A DNA stretch of 64,000 nt from Octopus vulgaris (lineage: Eukaryota): positions 39,494,001 through 39,558,000 of the forward strand of contig OX597817.1 of NCBI GenBank assembly GCA_951406725.2, in the 5' to 3' direction. The translations under genes and the position numbers were made by a program. Shown here one piece after another: positions 53,381 to 64,000 of this stretch (positions within the stretch are counted from its first letter, which is position 1; each line of letters opens with the position of its first letter). Under the pieces are notes generated by a model. That model did not search any database, had not been told where the DNA came from, and saw nothing but the letters and a program-made list of their open reading frames with translations.

Positions 53381-53414
53381 TCACTGTCTCGATCTTGCCA
53401 GTCCGCCCCTTTAA

Positions 53415-53620
53415 CCCTTTCATTACCGTATTTATTTTCATTCAATTAATTTTAAATATAACAAAGAATTTAGTAAAATAACTTAGTTATCATTAAGCTA
53501 GAGTTGGGAACATAAATTGTGACTAAGGTTTCGTGGAAGATTTTAATTCAATACTTATGAAAGCAAGACATTTGTTCTACAGAGCGAGAGGCGGTTTTGG
53601 TCAGGTTGGTATCAAAAGGG
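53415..53620. mobile_element. piggyBac-type MITE (TTAA TSD)
   Basis: ttaa|ccctttcattacc...ggtatcaaaaggg|ttaa. Confidence 0.8.
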
Positions 53621-54126
53621 TTAATTTTAGTAAGTGCCAAAGCTTCAGTCGCTAACATCAGAGCTCAGCATTAACGAAAGTTTAATTAAGGGAGAGAACT
53701 CATTCTTCATAAATTCATTTATCCATATAGATAAGCGAGAAAAATAGAATAAAAATATCCTAAATTACATTATTGTTGCGATTTTAGTTTTGATTACGTG
53801 ATTTTGATTGTCTCGATTGCTGTTATATGCCTGCACTGCGACTGCGCGGAGTTCTGTTCTGTTTGCAGACGACATATTCAGCGTTCGTGAGAATGCAGAC
53901 GACATGTTCAGCATTGATTTTTAGTCGAGAATGTAGAAACTCGCTGCATGAAAAATGTTATTGCGTTGAAGTTCGGTTTTGCTTACAATTTAGCAATCTT
54001 TGTTAGTATTGTATATTGCAGTATTTTTAGTCGATTAAGACCTTTTAAACTTTGATATTCGAGTTTGGGTTTATAACAATTTAATCGACTAAAAAAAAAA
54101 AAAATACAGCTAGAGAAAGAGAGAGA

Positions 54127-56935
54127 ATGGACAGCAAATCTATAAAACCAAATTTGTTCACCACTGATCCAAGTTCGAGTCAAACTTGAAAAGAATGGAA
54201 ATATTGGTTCAGAACTTTCAAAAATTCTTTAGAATCATTTCCTGCTGAACCGCCTATCACTGATGAAAGCAAACTTAGGTGTTTAATAGCACACCTAGAT
54301 AAAGACGTTTACGAACTCGTAAGTGAATGTGAGAATTACTCAGAAGCAATTCAAACTCTGGAGAGACTGTATGTGAAACCTTTGAGCATTATTTTTGCGA
54401 GGCACTTTTTAATAACATGCAAACAAGAACCAGGCCAATCAGTTGATGACTATTTACAGAAATTGAAACGACTAGCTAAGGATTGCGGGTACAGAGCTAT
54501 GGACGCTGAGACTCACAAAAATGAAGCTTTTCGTGACGCATTTATCTCGGGATTAACGTCATCTTCAACTCGCCTTAGACTTTTAGAAAATATTCAAGAT
54601 GCGGCGATAACTTTAGAAGCAATATTTAACCAAGCCCGTTCACTGGAAGTTGCTCAAAGGAATTCCGAAGTGTATAATAGCAGTCAGTCAGTCTGCTATA
54701 AACAGCCATGGAAGCTGTTTGTCAACATTTATTCCACGTGAAGAAGACAAAATCTCAATTCCTGACAGAAACACAGCTTGTGCAGCGACAAAACGAACTA
54801 AAAAATCCTGTACCTTTTGCGAATCTAATGAATTTCATCCTAGGTTTAAGTGTCCTGCTAGGCAGAGCAAGTGTTACAAATGTGGATATTTTGGTCATTT
54901 TGCTAAAGAATGCCGGTCAGGTAACCGTAAAATTTTTCATAAGACATCAGCAGCTCTTGATGATGGCAACTTCTCTGCGGCTTTATGTCAAGGTGGAGCT
55001 ACTACCAAAGTTAATTATAAAATAACAGTTGATGGTGTGAAAGCATTTTCTTTGATTGATACTGGCTCTACTATGAATCATATTAGCAAAGACTTTGCAA
55101 AGAAAAACAAATTGGTGGTGAAGTCTGAAAGGAATGAAATTAACATGGCTGTTAATGGAAATCATTCCCAAAGTGACAGTTATTGTATGAGTTCAATTGA
55201 ACTTCATGGAAGAATTTACGAGCAAGTAAAGCTGGTGATACTTAATAATTTGTTGGTAGATATAATTTTAGGACAAATTTTTTTAAAACAGCATCAACAC
55301 GTACAAATTAAAAGTAACATTACACCGAGGTTGTTTGAAAATTTAAACTCTGACTGTAAACCCATAGTTACGAAGTCGAGAAGACAGTCCGCCAATAATC
55401 AAAAATTTATTGCTGATGCTATAAGCCAAGATCTGGCAGAAGGGATAATTGAACAGGGTGTTTCTCCCTGGGAAGCCCGGGTATTGGTAATATCAGGAGA
55501 AAATCATCACAAGAGACTGTGTATTGATTATAGCGAGACTATAAATAAGTTTACGCTATTAGATGGATATCCACTGCCAAATATGCATGACACGGTCACA
55601 AAAATAGCTCAATTTAATTATTTTAGCACACTAGATCTCAAAAGTGCATATCATCAAGTTGAGATTCCAGTTGAAGATCGACCTTATACGGCTTTCGAAG
55701 CACAGGGAAAATTATATCAAAGCAAACGTATTGCTTTCCGACTTACAAATGCAGTGCCCTGTTTCCGGGGAGTGATCGATAATATAATCGAAAGCCATAA
55801 TTGTAGAGCCACTTTTGCATATATCGACAACATAACTGTGTGTGGTAAATCGAAGCAAGAACATGATTGAAATTTAAAGCATTTTCTTCAAGTTGCTAAG
55901 GACTGTAATTTAACTTTTAATGAAACCAGATTCATTTACAGCACTACGATTGCTTGGTTATGAAATTCAAAATGGTAATTTGAAACCTGACCCTGACCAG
56001 GTAAAACCCTTACTAGAACTACCTATTCTTAGAACCCACAAAGCATTGAGTCGAATTGTTGGTCTGTTTGCGTATTATTCTAAATGGATTCCCAAATTCT
56101 CTGACAAGATAAAACCGTTGGTTGATACTAAATATTTTCCTTTGAATGAACTAGCCTTATCAAGTTTAAAAACTTTATGAAATGATTTAGCAAATGCTAC
56201 CTTAAAAGTGATTCATGAAAGCCTTCCTTTCTCAATAGAAACAGACGCATCGGAGGTAGCTATATCTGGCATTTTACATCAAAATGGAAAGCCAGTCGCA
56301 TTTTTTTCAAGAACCCTCAACCCAAATGAGCGTCGTCATTCTTGTATTGAAAAAGAGGTGACAGCAACTGTAGAATCTGTGAGAAAATGGTCTCATTTTC
56401 TTCTTGGACGTAACTTCACACTAATAACTGATCAAAACAGTGTGGTTTTTATGTTTAATTGTCAAAAGCACAGTAAACCTAAAAACGAAAAGATAATGTG
56501 TTAGCAAATCAAACTGATCCCAGGATGACACAGCGCTGCATGAATATGATACAGTTCATTATCAGTCGTAGCTGCGCAATAAGTACGCGATAAAGTATCA
56601 GATGCAACATTAATAAATTTGATATCATTTACCGCCAAGGCAAGTTTAATGTTGCATCTGATACTTTATCGTGTACTTATTGCGCAGCTATGACTGATAA
56701 TGAACTGTATCATATTCATGCAGCGCTGTGTCATCCTGGGATCACACGATTGTTTCATTATATTAAAGTTAAGAATTTACCTTACTCCGCAGATGATGTA
56801 AAACGTATAACTAACAATTGTGTAATATGTTGTGAGGTGAAACCTCGCTTTACTAAAACCTCTGTTTCATCAGTAATTAAATCTACTCAAGCTTTTGAAA
56901 GATTGAGTGTTGATTTTAAATGACCCCTACCTTCA
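54127..56935 (+). mobile_element. Truncated, inactivated Ty3/Gypsy LTR retrotransposon gag-pol
   Basis: Gag from ATG 54127 (early TGA at 54187), CCHC knuckles (CYKCGYFGHFAKEC), protease LIDTGS, RT (RLCIDY, LDLKSAYHQV, YIDN), RNase H (IETDAS...PVAFFSRTL...TDQ) and integrase HHCC, breaking off after RLSVDFK. The PR-RT-RH-IN order is Gypsy. No LTR pair found. Confidence 0.95.
56515..56744. repeat. 99-bp inverted duplication inside Gypsy pol (arms 56515-56613 and 56646-56744, 32-nt loop)
   Basis: The left arm is the reverse complement of the right arm with two mismatches. Confidence 0.93.
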
Positions 56936-58506
56936 GTGTACCAGCTCACCACCTGAGAGGTTGCTTATATTACTTGTTTGTAAGTTATTGAGAATTAGCT
57001 TGTCAACATATCTTGGTGATTAATTGCTTAACATACACACTTTAAAATTATCAATGAGACTAACTAGTCATAAAATTATTCTTAGCATTTTCTTTTGTGG
57101 TTGATCTGAAAATACCAAAATACCTGAGACCACCCTTGGTTCTATGATACAAAACTTTGTGTTTTAAAGTGAGCTAAATTAAAACCTACCATCAGAATTT
57201 GTCATTATGTCCCAAATACCAGCTTTAATAATAACAAATTTATTTTGCTAAAGCTGTATATCTCAGTAGAAATATGGTAAGGAAAAGGTGAAAAAGAATT
57301 TATTACACAGCTCAACTTAAATCTTACTTCAGTTCTTGAACTTAGCTTATATACTTGTTGAAGATGTTAATATGAAATCTGACCATCGGTAACAGATAAC
57401 ATCTACTGTAGGTATAGAGGCAACTCATTTCTATACATTGTATTGAAGCACTACTATTTAAGTGTGATTTGAACTTGCAGGCTTATAGAGCAGAGCTCTA
57501 TAAAAGTTAGAGTTCTTCTAACAAGTTTCTATATAGTATCTATCCACCCAAATTCAATCATAAAAACTTAGGTCAATCCAAGCTATAGTAAAGACACTTG
57601 CTCAAGATGTCACACAGTGAGAATGAACTCTGACCTCATGGTTGTGAAGTTAGCTCCTTAACCACTCAGTGATGCTTGCATTTGAAATGTGTGTGTGTGT
57701 GCATATAATATATATATATATATATATATGAGGGTGCATAGCCTAGTGGTTAGGGTAATGCACTCATGATTGCCAGATTGTGATTACAATTCCTAGTGGA
57801 ATTTCAGGCCTTGTGCCTTTAGTAGAAAGGATTATTATTATTATTGCTGTTCTTAATATAGGCTCAAAGACAGCAGATTTTGAAGGGATTAGCTGATATC
57901 ATTGTCCTCCAATTCATGACTGATACCTTATTTTATTAACCTTGAAAGGATGAAAGGCAATGGTGACCTTTGCAGGATTTGAACTCAGAATGTATAGAGT
58001 TAAAACAAGTAGCACAATGCATTTTGTCTGATGCTCTAACAGCTCTGCCAATCCAACACCTTAATGATAATAATGATTGTTGTTAATTTAGGCAATTTGG
58101 CCAGAAATTTGTGGAGAGTGGAGTTAGTTGCTTATATTAATCCCAATATTTGACTGGTACTTTATTTTATCAACCCCTAAAAGAGAAAAACAAAGCTGAC
58201 CTTGGCAAAATTTGAACCCAGAATATTGAGAGCCAGGAGAAATGCCACAAAATGTTTTAAAGAATTTTGTCCAGTGCTCTAACAATTTTACCAGCTCAAT
58301 AATAAATGTCATAAGGTGAATCTAAGAATAATATTTCTTGCATATACATCATGTCTTTAAGAGAATAGGTATTTGGGAAATATATAAAACAGCAAAGTTA
58401 AAGAAAGTAAAATGATTATCTGTATCCAAGATACTAAATATAGTTATATGTGTCCTCAATTAAGCATTTTAACTGTCATTGTTTCTTTTTTTTACTCATT
58501 ACATAG

Positions 58507-58590
58507 CCAAAGGAAAAAGGAGCCAAGATGAAGAAAATCCATTTTGTCAGCAATATAACTTGTGCCTTAAACTTCTTGGAGAAGAAAAAG
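58507..58590 (+). CDS. SYNE1: Nesprin-1/Msp300-like gene, CH1 exon C: PKEKGAKMKKIHFVSNITCALNFLEKKK
   Basis: T-rich tract then catag|CCA ... AAG|gtaaga; 84 nt, phase 0/0. Matches PxExGxxxxxxHxxxNxxxALxFL of nesprin CH1. Confidence 0.9.
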
Positions 58591-59299
58591 GTAAGAAAAT
58601 TTCTGATAAGTTTATATATGTTTTATGCCTTAAATTTCTTCATGAATGTATAGTTTGAAAGTAAGTATAAAATATGGGCTATTTGTTTTTCTTCATTATT
58701 TTAATCATTTAGATTCTATGTGAAGTTGTACCAAGAAAGTTTATCATACATGTAAAACTATGTATCTTGTGACATATCTTGTGATACATCACTTACTGTA
58801 TTTGATGGTTTTTAAGATGCATTTTTTTGCAAAAACTAAAATGTCTCAAAAATGTCACCCCAGGTCCTATATGTGAAATAGGCTTTCTCATGAGTTCTAA
58901 AAACTCTTTTTCCTGAATATGCCTTGATAAAATTGGGATGAATCTTATATGCTCGTGTATCTTTTATACTCTCAAATATGGTACTTGTGATTAAAATGTT
59001 GAGACACTTTATTAATTTTGAAGTTTCCAGACTATCGTTGGTACTTGCTATGATCCATGCTACATTTTGATCGGTCCGTTCTCTAGTTATCTTCAGGCTT
59101 CCAATTTCTATGTCAGAAGAAATAAAGTCTCTGTGATAAAAACTACTGAACTGATATATGGATAGACACAGTCTCAAAGAAAAAGAAAATGTATACACAA
59201 TTTGATAATTATAACAAGTTATGTTATAATTAGGTTTTATAACCTAAGTTGAAGACAATAAATGTAGAATTTAAGTTATAGTTGTTTGAACTTATGACC

Positions 59300-60842
59300 T
59301 TTCTGAATCTAGTCACTGCTGATGATGCAGACTGATGGAATTACATTACAAATCATTCCAATTGGTTATTTGGGTGCATTCTTTTTCAGTTCCTGCTCTC
59401 AGCTCATTGGCTGTTGCAGGTTTTCTACTATAAACCTTATCTTTGATATATCCCACTAAAAAGAGCCAATAGATGTGAGTTCTGGTGAATGTGTGGTGAA
59501 TATTCAGTGTTACCTCTTTGTTCAATGCATCTATTCAGTATGTTTTCATCATGATAAGCTCTTGCACAATTATAGTAGTGGGGAGGTACTCCATCTTACT
59601 GGAAATAAAACTCTTTACCTCCTGATTTCTCTTGAATGCATGGTGTGATAAATTCTTGCAGCATGTTCTGATAAACAGGACCAATGATGTTACTGTTTGT
59701 TCCTTCTCGAGCCACGCCTAGCTCATTAGGGCTGGTTTCCCAGTTTCCTTGGTGTATAGGTTCCCCACCTGGATGGGACGCCAGTCCGTCACAGGTGAGC
59801 TGCAAAATGTAGGAGGAAAGAGTGAGAGAAAGTTGTGGTGAAAGAGTCAGCAGAAGTCGCCATTACCTTCTGCTGGAGCTGCGTGGAGCTTAGGTGTTTT
59901 CGCTCATAAACACACACATCACCCAGTCTGAGATTCGAACCCGTGATTCCTTGACCATGAGTTTGCTGCTCTAACCACTAAGCCATGTGCCTCCAGGACC
60001 AATGATGGTTTTCAAAAAGGAACAGTCCTCTTATGCCCAATACTGATAATCCACACCACACTGTTACATCTGGCTAGTTGCAGTGATATGTGGGTTCTCA
60101 TGTGTCATGTAGGTGCCTTGTAGTGAGCAACTGAGTCTTTTAACTTAAATGCACCTTCATTGCTTCAGACAATCTCTCTTTTGGAAACTGTGTATCCTCT
60201 GCACCTTTTTTGGGGTACTACTCACAAAATTGCATCCTTCAAAACTTCCATGCTTCCTGAGATTCACCAACACTACACCTGATTTTCTCCCCTCCATACA
60301 CACACAAGCATGTATCTGACTCACACACTGTTCACTTTCCAGACATTTATACATTACTGTATATGCTTTATATGCACTTTTGACAAGTTGTGGTGCACCT
60401 GAGCACTGTATACAACAATTTCATTATTATTGTATTTTTATTATATTTCAACTTCCTGGTCAGAGAAGCAGTGGAATAATGCTGGAGTTTACCTTTACCA
60501 ATGAACACACTTCACTATGTAATGGATGTTTGGTTTTGGCATTCTTGTCATACAGGCTTTCTGTCAAAAGATTCACTTTGAGAGTGATGGAGACTTTCTA
60601 ATAGTTCTGCTTCTAATTTTGGGCTAGAGTATGATCAAATTCTTTCAGAATTTCCTTTATGGATGTCTTGGACAGTCGTATTTGTTTCAAACTTATCTCT
60701 TATATAAGTAATGGTGATCCACATATGTGAATTGGTTGAAACTCCTTGATAAACTGCTTTTGCACTTCAGTTGCATTCTCATACTTACAGTTGCACTTTA
60801 AGATCAGTTTCCTTTCTCGAAGTTTAGTCTTGTTTCTGCCAT
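59300..60842 (-). mobile_element. Decayed Tc1/mariner-superfamily (maT/rosa-like) transposase with nested insertions
   Basis: N-terminal MAETRLNFE..KYENATEVQKQF...IRDKFET; catalytic part YQNMLQEF...FYFQ*DGVPPHY...SPHSPELT...IKDKVY resembles QQDGAPPH...WPPRSPDLT...LKxKVY. Confidence 0.7.
59694..59995 (-). mobile_element. Full-length family-C SINE with TSD CAGGACCAATGATG
   Basis: Reverse complement of 39235-39522; 14-bp duplication on both sides. Confidence 0.85.
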
Positions 60843-60946
60843 TACTTCAGATTAGTTGCACCTCTTAAAAAAAAAATGTTTGAGGGAGTTACAATTATAC
60901 AATGTGCATATACAAATTTAGTAAACTTATATAAGTGAGTGTATAA

Positions 60947-61345
60947 AGGCGGCAAACTGACAGAAACGTTAGCATGCCAGGCAAAATGCTTAGTGTTATT
61001 ATGTCTGACTTTACATTCTGAGTTCAAATTCCACCGAGGTCGACTTTGCCTTTCATCCTTTCGGGGTCGATAAATTAAGTACCAGGTACGCACTGGGGTC
61101 GCTGTAATCGACTTAATCCATTTGTCTGTCCTTGTTTGCCCCCTCTGTGTTTAGCCTCTTGTGGGAAGTAAAGAAATAGGTATTTCGTCTGTCTTTACAT
61201 TCTGAGTTCGAATTCTGCCAAGGTCAATTTTGCCCTTCTTCCTTTCGGGGTTGATAAATTAAGTACCAGTTACATACTGTGGTAAACCTAATCGAATGGC
61301 CCCCTCCCCCAAATTTCGGGCCTTGTGCCTAGACTAAGAAAATAA
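60947..61345 (+). mobile_element. Dimeric family-B SINE
   Basis: ggcggcaaactgacagaaacgttagc head followed by two copies of the GAGTTC..GTCGACTTTGCC..AAGTACCAG block. Confidence 0.8.
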
Positions 61346-61509
61346 AAAGTGTGTATGTGTGTATGTGCACATACACATGTGCGTGTGTCTGTTTCTGTTA
61401 TGAGATGACCGTGTATATTATATGCAAAGTTGATTTATGTTATATTAATGATCTATATAATCTGTATGCATACCTTATTCTACCAAAACATTATGTTTCT
61501 TTAAATTAG

Positions 61510-61602
61510 ATCAAATTAGTGAACATCAATCCATCAGACATTGCTGATGGCAAACCAACCATTGTTCTTGGTCTCATCTGGATGATCATCTTATATCTAC
61601 AG
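61510..61602 (+). CDS. SYNE1: Nesprin-1/Msp300-like gene, CH1 exon D: [31 protein letters not shown]
   Basis: tttctttaaattag|ATC ... CAG|gtaagt; 93 nt, phase 0/0. Contains the ABS2 motif KLVNI...DIxDG...LGLIW; the 'DGxPxIVLGL...ILY' variant is nesprin/calmin-like rather than spectrin/dystrophin-like. Confidence 0.93.
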
Positions 61603-62599
61603 GTAAGTAAGTTTTGTATCTACAGCTATGTTACTCTGCTTGGGATAGGCAACAATTTACCACCGAAAGACATAGCTTCTGATAAGTGGCTTGCAGTTGA
61701 TTAGTGAGACTAATGTTGATTAAAGATTGTTTGAAAAGTAGTTTCTGTGAGGGAGGAAGAGTTAATGCGGTTTTGCACTTTTAGTGGTCTCATTCTTTGC
61801 ATTGTGGATACGCTGGGGTTTAGTTGAGTATACTGATCCTAGTGAGCATCGATCTGGTATTTATTTTATTGATCTTTATTTATTGAGTCACTTAATTATC
61901 CCTAATTAAGAGATATAAATATAAACAACATTGTTTTTTTTTAATATAAATACGTACACACACACACACACACACACACGCATGTTTCCATATGTTCTTT
62001 CACATGGCTGTGTAGTTACGAAATTCACTTTGAAACTACATGGTTTGGGGCCATAGCACCTTGAGCAAGTATTTTTATTTTCTCCTATAGCTTCTAGTTG
62101 ACCAGCGTCTTGTGAGTGAAATTTGCTTGAAGAAAATTGTAGAGCAGTATAAAAGTATAATAAATATGTATTCTACAAAAAATATTGAATAATTCTTCAA
62201 GTTAATTCTGTTGTGTCTGGACAGAGTCATTTTCTTTTTGTGCCTTATAATGTAACACACTCACCGGTAAAATTTCCACTTTCTTTCTTATTTTTATTTT
62301 TATAAATATGCTTCAAGACACGAACTCAAAGAATCTTACAAACAAAATCCAGAAACGAAATATAAGCTTCAAGTTAATGTTAAACCGTTTTTATATACAA
62401 CTTGACATATAAAGAAGCATTAGTATACCCCAACCACAAATTCTCTCTCTCTCGCACACACACAAGCATACACACAAACACACGTGTGTGTATATACATT
62501 ATGTAGAGTAAATGGTAGAAGAGTTGAAAGATAATTTGAGATTAGAGAAGATATAGTTTTCATCAAAATATAGATTGTATCTATTTGAGAAATTTAGTC

Positions 62600-62960
62600 G
62601 ACATCTTCGAAAGCGCAAGGCAGTGATGATGATCTCTGCTTGAAGAGAATTTTCTTGTATAACCTTCATGCTTCTGTCTTCTTATTTAAAGTCTGTCCTA
62701 ATGGAGTATTCAAGATAAAATGCTTATTTGTGATATCTATAAACGTTAACGGGCATTTTGTTGCTTGTTGAACGATGAACTATCTCCTAAGCAAATTTAT
62801 TACTGTCGTTGATTGATTGATTGATATCTGGAAATATTTTAAGTCGAGGCAATTGGCCACTTTTTGAAAAGTTCGATTTGGTGTATAAAGGGAAATAACT
62901 CGTATACTATAAAATTTAAGGGACGCAACTCATGCATAGTTGTTCGCATTATTTTTTTTT
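62600..62960 (-). mobile_element. Possible highly decayed Penelope-like RT/linker remnant
   Basis: Minus-strand peptides YFPLYTKSN, SINQ and FIDITNKHFILNTPLGQTLNKKT resemble, in order, recalled Penelope motifs YxPYxKPN, SINxR and FLxLIDKHFPxxHPLxKIFNRNT; many indels. Confidence 0.35.
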
Positions 62961-63849
62961 ATGTGTAACACTTATGCGTTAGTGGATGTAATCGCATAAT
63001 TATTTGCATTGACACATGATTAAGCATTTATATGAGAACCTAGTGAAGAACAGTACTAAATACTGAAATATGTTTATATTGGTGATATTAATTAGACGCT
63101 CATATGGCTGTGTAATTCAGAAGTTTGCATCGATCTTATAGAGCAGTAATTTGAGAAATTCTTTCTCGATCGATTTCACTTCACAACCATGAGGTCTTTG
63201 TTTGAAACTTATCCTTTCTTACTTTGTTCATTTACTGGTTTCAGTCGTTCTTGATTGTGGTCAAACTGGGGCACTGTCTTCAAGGGATTTAGACAATTAT
63301 ATTGACCCAATTGTGCTTTGTGTGCTACTTATTTTCTTCAGCTCCATTTATGAAATGGCTAGGTCCACCTTAGAGTATGAATCTGAATATCTTTATACAT
63401 ATATGGAAAATCATCTTGTGGCTGTAGTATTATAAATCTCGTTTTATTGTTGGAAATTTTTCATTCAATTATAAAGGCTGGTTTCTTTGTGGTTTATTGA
63501 AAGACTTTTTAGTTCAGGCTAGTGGATGATGATGATACTATAATATTTTGTCACAGAGAAGCTTCTCTTAAAAGACTTTCTGTGTGAAAAATGCAGTTTA
63601 CTCAGGCTGACATCAGTGGACTGTTAGCTACCAGTGTTTCAGCTTGATCCACCTGATAAACCCTGTGTTTTTAATATGTGAAGTCTCCTAAGACTTCATG
63701 CATTAAAAGACACCAAGCATTTCTCTGACACAAAAATATTACAGTAGATGCCAGTCGACATTTGTCTATTCTTTATAAAACACATAGTTATTTTAATCTG
63801 ATGCTGTCTCAAGTGAATGAATCCATTTATTGTAGTTACGTATAGACAC

Positions 63850-63950
63850 AGGCATGACTATGTGGTTAAGAAGTTTGCTTCCCAACCATATAGTTTGCAG
63901 GTTCAGTCCTATTGCATGGCACCTTGGGCAAGTGTCTTCTACTATAGCCC
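63850..63950 (+). mobile_element. Family-A SINE head
   Basis: ggcatgactatgtggttaagaag...ggttcagtcc...ggcaccttgggcaagtg. Confidence 0.75.
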
Positions 63951-64000
63951 TGATGGAGTCCCAGTTAGTTAGTAAAGATAGACTTAATTTGTTGCTCAGT

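Noticed and set aside
53630-54110. Candidate 5' LTR/PBS of the Gypsy element, including a short tgcagacgacat.ttcagc duplication
   Set aside because: No second copy and no clear TG...CA or TGG PBS, so boundaries cannot be supported.
61603-61704. ORF-track extension of exon D (VSKFCIYSY...)
   Set aside because: Read-through beyond a consensus CAG|gtaagt donor; similarity to CH domains stops at the donor.
61690-61722. Weak complementarity to the start of exon D (possible editing complementary sequence)
   Set aside because: Only short, interrupted AT-rich pairing; indistinguishable from chance without folding statistics.

Overview
AT-rich, repeat-dense eukaryotic DNA whose SINE, RTE-tail and microsatellite content looks like Octopus (cephalopod); the taxon is inferred from recalled repeat families, not from a search. 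The only host gene I can support is a + strand nesprin-1/SYNE1/Msp300-type gene: four small exons (34185-34246, 40149-40244, 58507-58590, 61510-61602) splice in frame into the first calponin-homology (CH1) actin-binding domain. No upstream start exon was identified, and the gene continues past the window. The rest is intron/upstream DNA packed with decayed mobile elements: a truncated Gypsy gag-pol, piggyBac, mariner, Tc1 and maT-like transposase remnants, CR1-, RTE-, R4/Dong- and Penelope-like fragments, a non-autonomous Helitron, MITEs, several tRNA-derived SINE families and many simple repeats. Nearly all ORFs in the supplied track are artefacts of these repeats. The most unusual observations are (i) several degenerate minimal type-I hammerhead-ribozyme motifs, two of them in fold-back palindromes; (ii) a 707-bp insert made of 1.25 copies of a 563-bp promoter-like unit inside a SINE; and (iii) a 99-bp inverted duplication in the Gypsy pol that would form a long hairpin in the host pre-mRNA. 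I cannot demonstrate a novel biological system from sequence alone.
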